This document shows positions 1-14,359 of a stretch of DNA of 64,000 nt, piece after piece. A model generated the notes under the pieces. The model was not told the origin of the DNA. It did not search any database and saw nothing but the letters and a program-made list of their open reading frames with translations. The DNA is from the human T2T-CHM13v2.0 reference genome, Homo sapiens. The translations under genes were made by a program, and so were the position numbers. The stretch lies in NCBI RefSeq assembly GCF_009914755.1, contig NC_060937.1. One strand, given 5' to 3'. The number at the start of each line of letters is the position of its first letter. Position 1 is the stretch's first letter.

Positions 1-340
1 TAGATTCATAGCCAAATTCTACCAGATGTGTAAAGCGCTGGTTCCAGTCCTAGTGAAACCCTTCCAAAAAATTGAGGAAGAGGGACTGCTCCCTAACTCA
101 TTCTGTGAGGCCAGTATCATTCTGATACCAAAACCTGGCAGAGACACAACAAAAAAAGAAAACGTCAGGCCAGTATCCCTGATGAACATAGATGTAAAAA
201 TCTTCAACAAAAACGCTAGCAAACCAAATTCAGCAGCAGATCAAAAGCTAATCCACCACAGTTAAGTAGGCTTTATTCTTAGGAGGCAAGGTTGGTTCAT
301 CATAAGCAAATCAATAAATGCGATTCATCACCTAAACACG
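1..340 (+). mobile_element. L1 ORF2 fragment (runs off the window start)
   Basis: ORF 26..265 [36 protein letters not shown] resembles L1 ORF2; homologous to 35090-35400. Confidence 0.92.
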
Positions 341-589
341 TGATTATTAAAAAGTAAAGTTAGAATCCAAATTTTCTGAATCATTGAATATTTCTCACTT
401 TACTGTTTTATATTACACAGCCCTGTGCATTATGATGTGTGTACTTGGCAATAATGAGGATCATTTGTGACACATTTAAAGTGCTACCTAATCCTGTGGT
501 AGCACTCAAAGTCCTTGTGACTTTGAGCTCTGAATGACAGGCATAAGGTTAACACTGGTCACGAGAACCAAAGTGTTGAAGTTCATCTC

Positions 590-730
590 TTCTCCACCAC
601 TAGCCAGTTGTGGGGCTTAGTGAACCTCGCTGTGCTCAGCCTCCTCATCTGTAAGATGGGGTAGTAGGACCTACCTCACAGGGCTGTTTTGAAGATTAAG
701 TGTGCCTGTTTATAGCTTAGAACAATGCCA
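590..730 (+). mobile_element. MIR SINE
   Basis: MIR core: ctcagcctcctcatctgtaagatgggg...acctacctcacagggctgttttgaagattaag. Confidence 0.8.
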
Positions 731-924
731 GGTCCTGTTTAAACGTTTACCTGATAAGACAAGAACAATTCCTATAAGCAGCCTTTTAAGAGGTTGCATA
801 AGCCATCTTTCCTACCTGAACAAATCAAAGTAAAGAGGAACTGCTTTTGTCTGTTACATTTGTTTTATGGAGGTAGTTGACTTCATATGAAGTAGTTGAT
901 GATAATGATGAAAAAAGGGTAGGT

Positions 925-1100
925 GCCAATATTATTGAGCATTTGCTTTGTGCAGACCCTGTGCTCAGCATTTTACTATCTTGTTCAACCTACAACACAA
1001 TCCTGTGAAGTGGGTCTTGTCATTATTATTCCTATTCCAGTTGAAACAGGCCTGAGCTAGTTGGTGGTGCAGGCAGAATTAGAGCCCAGGGCCGACTGAG
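925..1100 (-). mobile_element. MIR SINE
   Basis: tattgagcatttgctttgtgcagaccctgtgctcagcatttt...cagaatttagagcccagg. Confidence 0.7.
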
Positions 1101-2059
1101 TGTAATCATGAACACATCTCATTATTTTATTCAGAATCTCTAGGGCAGTGGTGGGTACTTGTGACTGGGTGGAAGATTCCATTTTACTTCTCTTCCCTTT
1201 AAAAGATTCCATATAAAATTCTTTCGAGGGTGTCATATCTTCTTTTAATGAAGGACTTATGAACTAAGCATTACATGTATGGATTGCAAGTGTTGTTCAA
1301 ATCTTTTGTGACTTAAAAAATAAAACCTGTGTCAAAGGGTGACTTTAATGTGCCTTTTCCTGGCTAGCATAGGAGCTTTCTGTGGGGTAGAGATTAATGG
1401 CAAATCTCTTTCGTATCTGAATAGCAATTCAGTTGACTTATAAAACCTTGACAGTGAGCACATTTTGATTGATATTGATAGCGTAAGAAACATCTGGCAG
1501 CAGAAATAATAAAACAAACCATGTGTTTCCTTCATTTTAGGAAGAACTAAGTCTTTTCACAAGGGAAGCTGGAGACAGAATTTTAATTGTTCTGTTAATT
1601 TAGTCTAATTTTCTTTCTCACAGGGGAAATTAGTCAAGACCATTTTGGTTCCATCTCAATTCACCTTATTCAACTGTTTCTTGCATATTTGATTTTTACA
1701 GTTTACAAATTGAACCCCTTGAAATGGCTAATCATTTCCTAGCTATTGTGTCAGTCAACAGAGCTGCTGTGTTTAATGGCAAAGAGAAAGATGTATCATT
1801 TTTGTTGCTATTCTTTGATTTCACAAAGATAGCTATCTGATGGAAAGTCCAGTTGGCTTTTCAGCTTCAGTTGCTTAGTCTAGAACTGTAGCATTCTGGA
1901 TATTTTTCATCTTTTAACTTGTTGATGAAGGTGACTTTTGCTTTCTATATTATTTTTTAGCTCACTCTCAAAATCTATTCACATCTAATGATGTGTATTT
2001 TTTAAAGCATGCTTCCCGAGGAAGGCTGGGCAGGCGTTATCATGGCGGTGTGAGGAAGA

Positions 2060-2225
2060 GCATTGGGACCGAGTTAGGAGACCTGGTTTGTAATTCTGGT
2101 TCTGTGGCCAGAATGACTGCTGGACCTTGGGAAAATGATTTATCTTTTCTGAGCCTCTGTTATCTCATTTGCAAAAGGGGAGTGTTGGGTTGAATCATCT
2201 CCAATGCTGTTTTTAGATCTAACAA
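2060..2225 (+). mobile_element. MIR/MIR3 SINE
   Basis: gagttaggagacctgg...tgagcctctgttatctcatttgcaaaagggg. Confidence 0.7.
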
Positions 2226-3084
2226 TTCTATTTTTCCAGGAGCCTCAGCTGGCAGCCAAAGCTGTGGCATCCAGAAGGCAGCTTGGCCTGGGGCAAGTGG
2301 TGGGTTGCCAGTGGAGCCAAATGGCTCCTCTGGAGCTGAGGCTGGCCCCTTCCCTGAGGGCAGGTTGTCTTCCTGGTCAAGAGTGGCATTTAGAGTAAGT
2401 CTGCGCATGCTGACTTACGGTGATAACCTGGCTTTGGTTCAGTGCATTCAGGGAACTGGATTGAACTTTCCAGTCTTTTTTAGTAATTTCTTCCAGATCT
2501 ACCTGTTTCATCAGGATTAAGTTAGGTGTCACTTGATCCATCGTGAGAGTTAACAAATCAGCATATAACTATAGGTTCTCCTCTACTCAGTGGCATTTCT
2601 AGTCTCGAGACAAAGATAATTTCAGAATATGCCACTAAAGGTAGTCCCTCCCCTGTGTTTAGCTCTCTCTTCCCCGAGTGTTGTCATGGTCCCTTTGGTA
2701 TTCTTAGAGGATGCATCTCTGTGGATACGTCTCTTGGCTTTTAAGCCGCTCCCAATTTTGTTGGTAAGGGCTCACGACCACATTTCTTGTTGCAGTCTGT
2801 GAAGAAAATTGAAGGATATTTGCCACCGTCCCGTTGTCATAATTATAGCATATGACTGTTGAAAGCAAGAAAGGGCAATTAGGGAGAAAATTCCTTCTTA
2901 GTCTGCAGAGAAGACAATGAAAATGGCACATTTAGCTGCTGACACTTTGCACTTTGCCAGATAAATCTTTTGAGAGTTCCTCCGTTGATTTACACAGAGT
3001 CGAGGTCAGGTATTTCTGTGCCCACATCCAGATTTCTGTGTCTGGAGCTCTCAAGCTCTTAAGGTGCCCCTTCTGTGCTCCTGA

Positions 3085-3385
3085 TTTTTTTTTTTTTTTT
3101 TTTTTTGATATGGAGTCTTGCTCTGTTGCCCAGGCTGGAATGCAGTGACACGATCTCAGCTCACTGCAACCTCCGCCTCCTGGGTTCAAGCGATTGTCCT
3201 GCCTCAGCCTCCTGATTAGCTGGGACTACAGGCGCCTGCCATCATGCCCGGCTAACTTTTGTATTTTTAGTAGCGATGGGGTTTTCCGTATTGGCCAGGC
3301 TGGTCTTGAACTCCTGACCTTGTGATCCACCTGCCTCGACCTCCCAAAGTGCTGGGGTTACAGGTATGAGCCACCGCACCCGGCC
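3085..3385 (-). mobile_element. Alu (AluS-type), full length
   Basis: Poly-T then reverse Alu dimer; TSD TCTGTGCTCCTGA at 3072-3084 and 3386-3398. Confidence 0.97.
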
Positions 3386-3961
3386 TCTGTGCTCCTGAAT
3401 TCTGGTGACCACCATAGGCTGGCCTCTGAGGCCCTGTGCAGGCCCCTAGGACTACTCCTCAGGTTGGAGAGAACATTGTGGTAACATTCTTGAAGATAGC
3501 ATGACTGCACCCAAAAGATGATAAAGTGCAATAATTAGTAGAACTTATCTTCATGAGGAGCACCCTGCCAGGTTCGAGACTATCCTCTGATATGTTCCTA
3601 ATGCTTTATGGTTTGCAGGGCTTTAAAAATGGACCCTCCTGAGAATATCATGAACCAGTTAAACATTCACTGCATCTTACACAATAGGAAAGAGCTTCAG
3701 CTCAATCAATTGACTTGCCCAAGATCACATGAGAAGGGCACAGCCCCAACTAAGAAGTCTGTCATGATACAGAAGTACATCATTGCTCCGTGGTCCCTTA
3801 GGTTTCGGTCTCATTTCTTTAGGGAAGCGTTTCCAAGCTCCCTTTTTCAAATCTTCCTCCCATGTGCTGATACATACCATGCACCATGCATGTTTACTCA
3901 GTGTACTGCTGGCTTTGTTATGTACTGAGATTCATCTTTTTCTCTTTCATTTAAAATACAG

Positions 3962-4001
3962 GATTTGGAGAAAAGTGGTATATCAAGGAAAAATGACATA
4001 G
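3962..4001 (+). CDS. B3GLCT: B3GLCT coding exon 3 (40 nt)
   Basis: ttaaaatacag|GATTTGGAG...GACATAG|gtaagt; translates DLEKSGISRKNDI, matching the recalled B3GLCT stem region; joins in frame to the next exon. Confidence 0.96.
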
Positions 4002-5726
4002 GTAAGTAATGATTTTTTTTACCTAAGAGTGTGTACTTAGGTATATTTTGTATGAATTATATTTCCATGAAGTGATTTTTTTCTGATTTTATTTATGGGG
4101 TAAATATTGTTGTTCAAATATTCTGTCTTTGGCCCAGCCTAACGTTTGCTCTCCTGAAGATGTGGGGCAAACACCTCTCAGATGGGCATGTTGGCATGTG
4201 GTGGATTTATGTTTACTTAGTGAGATATGTTGGATTTAATTCCCTCTGGCATCATTCATTGAGCTTCCAGTAAGGATAAAGCACCATGCCTGGTGGGCTC
4301 TCTGGGGGAATGCAGAGGGGAAGGAGACATGGTCCCTGTTATTAAGGACCCACATGATGTGGGAGAACAGAACAAGCTGTGACATTAGCGCAGGCCGTCC
4401 GGGAGCAGGCTGTCCACTTGCTGACCTGCAGACACCTCCATGCCTTTCAGGAGTCAGCTCACCAGTCACGTCTGCCAAACTTGTCCCGAGCATCCTGGCC
4501 TGGAAGCCGTTACCCCTTCCTTTGTAAGGCATCATACTTCTATCATTGCCCATTCCTTATTTGTACTCCTTTTGAAACACCCTCTCCGCCATAGTTTGTA
4601 AGTATCTTCAGAAATGTGACCAGGAGTTAGACTTTAAAAAAAAATTAATGGGAAGCATGCCCAGTGTGTAAGGCCACACCTCTGTGTGTAGGGGTGAGTT
4701 TGTCCTTGAAGGGTGTGAATTTTGTCAATGTCTTTCCTCCCAGGGTAGGAGGAATGACCCAAGTCTGGAACACAATCAGCCAGGACCTGGACACCAGTAG
4801 CAGTGGAACCTCACAGGAAGCCTATGGTGTCAGGGGGTATGCGGTCCATGGGAGAAGTCTCCCTTCAGACACAGGGGGTTGGCTCACCTCCAGTTTCATG
4901 ATGGATAAGCCTGGGTTCCAGGAAACAAGAAGGGAACAATATGCTCTCCTTGCTTCCTCTCCACTATTTTCCATGGAGACCTGGAAGGCGAGCTCTAGAT
5001 AAGAGGGAAAAGGATAAAGGAAAGTGTTCCTTTCTAGGCCTTCCCTTCCTGGGCCTGGGTTCTGAGGGGTGCAGAAGTTCAGGAGAGACCCCCGCCCCCG
5101 GGTGGAAGTGGGAGGATGACCTGTCTTGGGCACGCATATCTAGGGCCCACAGGGGAGTGTTTTGGGGTCTGCGAGCAGCTGTATTTAAGGAACCACGTCA
5201 ATTTGTTGCTTTTTCTTTCTATTATAACACCCTGTATGGTTTAGCCACGCCTTTCCATGTGGAGATTTTCTTCCCTGCTACCAACTCTGTGGCTTTGAGC
5301 ATTTATTTGTAGTTTATGGGAGCAGATGAGTCTCTGGTTATTAAATGAATTAATGATGCAAGTCTGGAACATGGGCTTGAAACTACAAAGGGGAAGTTAC
5401 CTTGGACAAGTAAATTTATATTCTTGCAATTGCACATGGCAAGTCGAGTGATACCTAACTTGGTATCAGTTCATCTGAAAAAGACCCAGGGGACTTCTTT
5501 GTCACAATCTTTGTGTGAGCCTGCAAGACCAGGAGGCTACTAAAGATCCTGGGCAGTTGCAGTGACAACAGTAGATTCAGGGCACCGAGAGCATGGCTCA
5601 CAGTCAGAGCTGGGAGATAGCCTCCATGCACGGGATGCTGTTTCTCCTTCAGCTTGCTGCCTAATTGATAGATTCACTAGTATATGATTATTCTCACCAA
5701 GTAAACATAATTGGAGTGGCCCGCTT

Positions 5727-5760
5727 TGTGTGTGTGTGTTTGTGGGTGTGTGTGTATGCA
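5727..5760. repeat. imperfect (TG)n microsatellite
   Basis: tgtgtgtgtgtgtttgtgggtgtgtgtgtatg. Confidence 0.85.
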
Positions 5761-6889
5761 TGCATATTTTTTCCTCAACTTTAAATCATAAGGCTGCTTG
5801 TTACAGCTTATATCAGAAGTACATCGTATTGGTTTTTCATCAGAAAAACACCAGCATGATGAAACCCATTTTTCTAGGTAATTTCTGACCAGGAAGATGA
5901 GCACTTTACAGTACAGTGCTTGGCCCATGGTAGGTGCTCAGCAACTGAAGACATAGAGAGCATTGGTTTCTTCTGCTTTCATAGAAGAATCATTGCTCTT
6001 CAGCATCCATTTTCTAACTATCTCTCTGTCCTGCTGCCTTTCCTGAGCACTGTCTGCCACTCACCATTGGCTTTGGCATTGCATTGGCCCTTTAGGTATC
6101 CTTTGCTAATTTCTTTATCTTCCCCTTTTAGCCTGTCACTCTGATTATTATTGTCAGGCACTTAGTGTGCGGCCCATTTATTGCCCATTCCTGGGGGAGA
6201 AACAATGACAATCCATCTTGAGTTGTGACAGTGTTTGCTGAAGGCAGATTGCAGTGAGTTTAAAGAAGTGCAACCAAGATGATAAGGAAATCATGGAATT
6301 GTCTTATTTAGCTCTGTGGACTGGGCAGCAGGAGCTTAAGAGTCAGGTGGTTGGATGGCATACACAGAGAAGACAGCTACCAAGATAAGCTCTGGGATCT
6401 GGACTCAGCCAGAATGTGATTCAGTGAAGGGATGGCTTAGGCTGTATGTCAGAAAATATTTCTTGGTACTGCTATAAAGAACAGCAGGAATTTAAACACA
6501 TAAGCTGTTTTCAGCACCAAACTGTACTAACTATACTAACCTGGTTCTTTTCTGGAATGGGTTGGGGCTGACTAGCATGTCAGTGATCTTCCGGCATTCA
6601 TTATGATCAGGGTTGCAGGAGCTCCCCTCCCCTTTAGCCTTGTCCTCGATAATACCCCCATGCGTCCTGTTCCTTGGCTATACCTAACCGTTAGTATTTT
6701 CCTGCCCTAAATTTGATTCTGTCCCAAACTTTCACTGCTCCCTCTGTGGGGAGGGTCTTCCCACCCCTTTTTTCCCCCATCTTCGGGACAGTGTCCTCCT
6801 TCCCTCCTTTGGGAAGTCCCCACTGCCTGGGACCCCACTTGGCTCATGAGGCCCTTCCCCCATTTGAAAGTGATTAATCTAGAGCCCAA

Positions 6890-7352
6890 GCCTCTCAGCA
6901 TGGTATATAAATCCCTCATGATTTGTCTTAACGGATCTGCCTCCGTTTCTAACTTTATCACCTACTGTACCCCGCCGTGCTCCTTTTCTCAGAAATGCCT
7001 GACAGACATGGTCGTTCACTCAGGGAGACTGCAGAGATACCACAGGCTGTGGGCTCTGTGGTGATCCCACTGATCTGCTACCCTCTGTGTGTGTGTCTGC
7101 TGCTTTTTAAAGGAAACTCAGGAAATAACATCCTCCTGGAAGCTCTCCTTGCACTCGCCCCCGATTGTCTGGGCTCCAGTGCCCTGTGCTCAGTTAGCTC
7201 TGGCTTTCCACCTACTGCTTTGTGTTACAATGGCCTGCCTATGAACGAGGCTCAGACACTCCAGGGCTGCGACTGGGCTCACTCGTTCTTGTATCACAGA
7301 GCCCTACACTTAGTAGGTACTCAGAAGATGTTTGCTGAATGAATGAATGAAG
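6890..7352 (+). mobile_element. L2 LINE 3' remnant
   Basis: Ends cttagtaggtactcagaagatgtttgctgaatgaatgaatgaa, the typical L2 terminus. Confidence 0.75.
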
Positions 7353-7602
7353 CGTGCATGATTGAAGTATAGGAAAAAGGGAGAGGCCAGCATGATTTCT
7401 TAGTGGCTATGTTAAAAAGAGGACAGATACAACTCACAGGACATGACCCAGGTATGGGAAGAATTTGCTCTTTAATCTTGCAAATCCTCTTCCCTGTATG
7501 GAAATGCTGTTGTCTTCAATGAGAAGACAGTGGGAGCTTTGCTGAGCTGGTAGGAGTGGCAGGAGTTGGTTACTGTGATGAGCGGTGAGCGCAGGATTAA
7601 GC

Positions 7603-7744
7603 TTTTTTTTTATTTTTATTTTTTTTTAGAGATGTAGTCTTGCTGTGTTGCTCAGGCTGACCTCAAACTCCTGGGCCCAAGCAATCCTCCCACTTCAGCT
7701 TCCCAAGTAGCTGAGACTTCAGGTGCATGCCACCATGCCCAGCT
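7603..7744 (-). mobile_element. FLAM / Alu monomer
   Basis: Single reverse Alu monomer; TSD AGGATTAA(G/C)CTTT at 7593 and 7745. Confidence 0.9.
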
Positions 7745-7779
7745 AGGATTAACCTTTTGATAGAGAAATCTACTCTTTA

Positions 7780-8400
7780 AAAAAAGTATTAGGAAATAAT
7801 TTGAACATATAAGAAGTTATAAAGAGAATAATATAATGAACATTCATGTATTATATGTTCATTAGATTAAGAAATAAAATATCACCTAGATTAAGAAATT
7901 AAATACCATTAACACAGCTGAAACCTTTTAACCATTATCCTGATTTGGTATTTATCATACTCATGTAATCTTTTATACCTTCACATGCTATGTGTGTATA
8001 TGTTTGGTATATATACATTTTAATATATTTATGTTTATATTGTTGCAAACTATTATATAGTTATTCTTTTGCAACTTGCTTTTTTCAGCATTATGACTAT
8101 GGGATTTATCCATCTGGATTGATACATGTAGTACTGGTTAATTTTTATTGCTGCATAGTATTCAAGTTAATGTATCTTGTTAGTGGATATTTTTGTTGCT
8201 TCCCATTTTTTTCTTTTACACAGTGCCACTGTAAACACTTTTGTCATATATCCTTGTGCACACATCTGAGTTTCTCAAGGATGATTAATAAGAGTGGAAT
8301 TTCTGGGTCATTGGGAATGTGCATCTTCTTTATTAAATTAAAAAAAAAATTATTCTCTGAGGCTTATTTACTCCATTCTTAACAAAAAGAAATCCTTATA
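7780..8400 (-). mobile_element. old L1M (L1ME-like) 3' remnant
   Basis: AT-rich; gcaacttgcttttttcagcattatg...gtggaatttctgggtca resembles antisense old L1 3' ends. Confidence 0.6.
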
Positions 8401-9387
8401 ACTCCTCTTTAGATGTGTCAGTTTATATTAATGTTTCAGATGTAGTAGATCCAAGATAAGAATTCAGTTGAAACTGAAGACACCCATTTAAGTCTTACCC
8501 ATGTGTCCAACATATAAAGCCGAGAAGCTGGTTTAAAATAGAGACAGGTATATGGAATGTTCCTATTTATATAAACTCCTAAAGAAAAGGAATTAGGTCA
8601 TATTCAGTAGGCTGTTCAGCATTTCCTTTTACATATTTTATTTAGTTTTAACCAAAGAGCATTTTAGATTATTTTTAGGATCTAGATGGCTCACTGTGGA
8701 GCTATCTGTTGTGTGAATATTTGAGCAAGTGAATAAATGAATGGACCTATAGAATAGAGCATAAGAACAATAAAATATAATGGAATAAAATTAAAATCAA
8801 ATTAGGTTCTCTGAGCTGAGGTGTTAAAGAGAAAGATTCATGGTGGGGGAAAGGTCCCCACATGGCTTTGCTGACAATCTGGCTGAAGGCTAGAATTTAC
8901 GTGGCACCTTCCTCTGCCGACATTCCTGTCTGGTGGCAGGGTGCTGACACAATCACTGTTTTATCCATTTCTTTGTTATAGGCCCAGAACCTGGGGAGGC
9001 CTAACGTGTTTCTCTGGGAGGCAGCCTTGCTACTGCCATTGGCAAGCCCTCTGATGGTCTTTGTGGGCAGGACATACTCGGGTTTCCTTCCTGTTCGCCG
9101 TTGTAAAAAGCTGGCTGCCTTCAGGTGCATCTCTAGCAGGCTGGTGAATACTGCCAGCATGGGGTGTTATAGATGGGCTTTATGCAGGACTTCACGCTAA
9201 AGCCCTGTTGCTGAGGAATTGCTGTGGCCGGTTTCCTGGAGATAACACCTAATCCTGGCTAGGTGCCTTATGAGGTAGGGTAGGGATTATTGAGTTACTT
9301 ATTTGCAAACCCTTCTGAACTCATGGGAGATGGGCAGTTACTGTTGAGTGTCACCTTAAAGGACCATTCAGAACATTCTTGAAGTAG

Positions 9388-9802
9388 TGTAGTAGTGAGC
9401 TAGGACTACATAGCAAAGTACCACAAAACGTGGCTTAGTACAAGCAACAGAAATGTATTGTCTCACAGTTCTGGAGGTTAGAAGTCTGACATCAAGGTGT
9501 GGGCGGGGTTGGTTCCTTCTGAGAGCTGGGAAGGAAGGATCTGTTCCAGGCCTCTGTCTTTGGCTTGTAGATGGCTATCTTCTCTGTGTGTCTCCTCATA
9601 TCATCTTCCTTCTCTGTGTGTCATTTATGTGTCCAAATTTCTAAGGAGACTGGTTATATTGGATTAAGGTTCACCCTGATGACCTCGCTTTAACTTGATT
9701 ACCTCTGTGAAGACCCAATTCTAAATGAAGTCACATTCTGAGGTATTGGGGGTTAGGACTTAAAAAATATGAATTTTAGAGGACATGTTTCAACTCATAA
9801 CA
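9388..9802 (-). mobile_element. MaLR solo LTR (MLT1C-like)
   Basis: aaagtaccacaaa...tctcacagttctggaggttagaagtc...aagtcacattctgaggtattgggggttaggact...cataaca. Confidence 0.85.
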
Positions 9803-10173
9803 GGTAGCAGCACAGTGTAGGATTATGTGGGAATTGTTAAAAAGCTACTTGTGAAAGTTAGATTTTCAGCTACTGGGAAGATTAGTGTTCTAGATATTTT
9901 CACACATTTTCAGCCATTCTTTCTGACATATGCGGGAGCACATTCTCAGTTTGGTGCCATAGACTGGGTCTGGTACAGTCAGCTTATTTACTTGCTAACT
10001 TCTAGGAAGGAAGCTTGGGAAACAGTTTAAAAAGAGAGAAAATTTTGTCTCTAGAATTACATACGAATTGATTTTTTCCCATTAAGAGTTTACTGCCTGA
10101 AGGTTTGCTTTGTAGCTATTTTTTCACTTGTTTTCAAGTTTATTTTAATAATTTTGTAAAAAGAAATACCTGA

Positions 10174-10347
<174 letters not shown>

Positions 10348-10440
10348 TGATTACCTTGATGTTTTCCAAAACACTGGATCCGTGGAGAATCAGTTTTTAT
10401 TTAGACGAGAATAACTCCTCTGACTCATTTTGCTTATTTA

Positions 10441-10780
<340 letters not shown>

Positions 10781-10830
10781 CGTTTTGGTTAATTCCTAAT
10801 GCACAAATTATCATATTCTGAATTTTTTTT

Positions 10831-10868
10831 TGTGTGTGTGTATATATATATATAAAAATATATATAAA
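10831..10868. repeat. (TG)n(TA)n compound microsatellite
   Basis: tgtgtgtgtgtatatatatatataaaaatatatata. Confidence 0.85.
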
Positions 10869-11738
10869 TTTAAGAGAACTATATAATTGTGTGGGGCAAC
10901 TGTAGATTTGTCACGAAGTATGATAAAAGCAAGTAGAAGAAATAACTTTCTAAAGGCAAGGCTTAAAATAGAGATAATTAATGTTCAAAATTTTGGTAAC
11001 AAGTTCTAAGGCAATTTTCATGTTGGAATAACATTTTCATTAATCTTAGCGCAGTGCTTCCTCTATGAGTCTCTTAATCTACTTTTTTAATTGGATGTCA
11101 TTAATTTAACTTTTGAGTTGATTTATAATGTAATATTCCAGAAGGATTATGGAGAGAAAAATCTACGCATATAGGTACATTTTAATAACATTTAAAATAG
11201 GCATGAACAGAATATAAAGCTGCTCTGAATAATACTGGAGGTTTGGAGTGAGGGAGGATCTACCTTGTGCTGCCCTATAGGTGCTTTCCTTCTTTAGCTA
11301 AGTAAGTCCATCAAGACCTCTGCACCATGTTGTGATGTCCTTCAAGACCGAAGTGCTTGCCTGTAGATAAATGCTATCCCTTTGTTCTCCCAGGAAAGAA
11401 CTCTTTGACAAGAGACATATGTGCGTGACAGATTGTTTTCTTTCTCTTCATGGGTATTGGAAAATAAAGGGTCAGAAATGTCAGTGGAAACATAAACAGC
11501 CTTAACAGTATTCAAGGCAAGGAACTGCTGGGAATAAGGTTTATTGTGCTTAATATTTAAATGCTTTATATATAAACTGTATCAAACTGTCTTGCGTCCC
11601 TGCAAGGCCAGGTTCTCTGGGTTGCTCTGCTTGAAACATCGTACTTTCTCAAGGGAGAGGAAAGTAACACATGCTATAGATTGTTTTTCAGTAGTCAGAG
11701 ATAGGAGCAGCTTGATAAGTTAAAAATTTTTCTTTTTT

Positions 11739-12272
<534 letters not shown>

Positions 12273-13231
12273 TCAGACCTTGCCAGTTACCCCAAATTTT
12301 GTGATCAGTGATGACATCAGAACCACAGTTAGGCATCCCTTACTCATATGAATTAAGAGCACACTTTTCCCTATGTCACCTGCATGTGCCCCTGCTCCCA
12401 GCAATACCTTTCTTTTTGCAGATACAGATTTGTGTTTTTTAGATTATGTATCTTCCCCATTTAATCCATACCAGTGGTCCTTTCCATGGATACGAATAGC
12501 GACGCCCCTTGCCATCCAAGTCTAGTTGATTGCATATGCCCCTATACTTCCTCTACTGTTCATCCACTCTTATTTTATTTTTGGCCAATTTTGTTTCTGT
12601 GCAAATGGATATTCATTGCTGGCTCTCTACCTGCCTTTCCCCTTCTGTTCTTCTGGGAAGAGTAGTTTTTAGAGCACCTTCGAGCAGGGCAGTGTTCCTG
12701 GGACTTGGTTTACAGCAGGGATAAGGCATGTGGGTACGTTTTGGTGGGAAGCAATAGAAATTATAAAGTATTCCTTCTTCTCCTCTTCCCCTTAGGAAAA
12801 ATGAGAGTTGGCAGGCTGTTGCTGGGGGCTGGGTATGCCTGCTTCTTTGAGAGGCCCTGGGGCTCCGCAAAGGATAGGGCCCAGGTACAAGAGCACTGGA
12901 TGCTTAAAACTGACTCTAGGCTCTGGGGAGGATGGTTAGAGGTTCCTGTGTAAGCTGAACTTGGCAGTTGTATTTAGGAATGGAGAATGTGTTATAGCTT
13001 CTCTTTGGTGTCTGTCAGGATTGAGGCAAGATGGTAGGCAGCTGAGCAGGTGTGGATTCAACAGAGCAGAAGGAACCTCCATTGCTTGTTACCTTGTGCC
13101 AAGACAGTTGCACCAGAGCTTATTAACTGAAGTTCCTGTCTCTAGATCCCAGCTTCATCTTCCACCGCTCATCCCCTTGTGCTTTATTTGCCAGTAACTT
13201 CAAACTAGTATATGGTTCTAGGATCACTTGC

Positions 13232-13637
13232 CATATTAGTCCATCTTTGCATCGCTATAAAGAAATATCTGAGACTGGGTCATTTATAAAGAAAAGAAGT
13301 TTACTTGGCTTATGGTTCCATAGGCTGTACAGGAAGCATGACAGCTTCTGGGGAGGCCTCAGGAAACTTTCAATCATGGCAGAAGGTGAAGAAGAAGCAG
13401 GCACATCTTATGTGGCTGGAGCAGGAGGGTTAGAGAGAGAGGGGAGGTGCTACACACTTTTAAGCAATCACATCTCTCAATAACTCACTCTCCTCACGAC
13501 AGTACCAAGGGGGATGATGTTAAACCATGAGAAACTGCCCCCATGATCCAGTCACCTCCCTCCAGGCCCTACTTCCAACATTGGGGATTACAATTCCACA
13601 TGAGATTTGGGTGGGGACACAGATTGAGACCATATCA
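13232..13637 (-). mobile_element. MaLR solo LTR (MSTA-like)
   Basis: tattagtccatctttgcatcgctataaagaaatatctgagactggg...tgagatttgggtggggacacag..accatatca; 5-bp TSD CTTGC/CATGC. Confidence 0.92.
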
Positions 13638-14359
13638 CATGCTATGCCCCTGTGGCTTTGTATATTGTAGATCCTGTCTTCTTGTCAAGCTCATGTATCC
13701 CCATAAAGGTTTTCCGTGCACCATCTTGAGCCGCCGTGCTAAGCTACTTCCTTTTTGGTTCCACTTTTGTATCTTGGACAAACTTCTATTGTATACTTTT
13801 CATTGTGTATTATTTGTTACCTGTCTCTTTTACAAATTTTGAGAGCAGAGAATAGACTATGTCTTATGAGTTGATTCTTCAGAACCAAGCACTGAATCCT
13901 TGAAATTCATGATCTTTTCTTTCCCAGAGTTACTTTCTTCTCTATTGTAATAGAAGTTTCCTTGTATTTCTCCTACATACAGTATGGACCTTTGGCCGTA
14001 TGTACGCATGCATGCACACACATGCTGTATTAAATCACAAGTTCTTTGAAGGCAGACACTTCTTTTGATCCTTCCATAGCACCTTGAACATAGTAGGTAT
14101 TCAGCATATGGCAATTGAATTGACTCTAAGAAATTTATCAAATGAAAATGAAAATTTAAGTAACTTATGTATTTTATTCCTGTTAACTCTTAAATGGATA
14201 ATGGCCAACCTCCCTCTTATTAAATATAGTAGCTATTTATTTCTCTCAGTGAAACCACAGAGTTTAGGAAGAAGAGTAGAAAAAAAATTAGGTATGAGTT
14301 GGTTCTAGAAAAATATGATGTTATGAATAATTAAATCTTTTGGAGATAATATGAAAAAG

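Noticed and set aside
5300-6490. Possible ancient CR1/L3 fragments
   Set aside because: Only short motif-level resemblance; cannot be supported without a Dfam search
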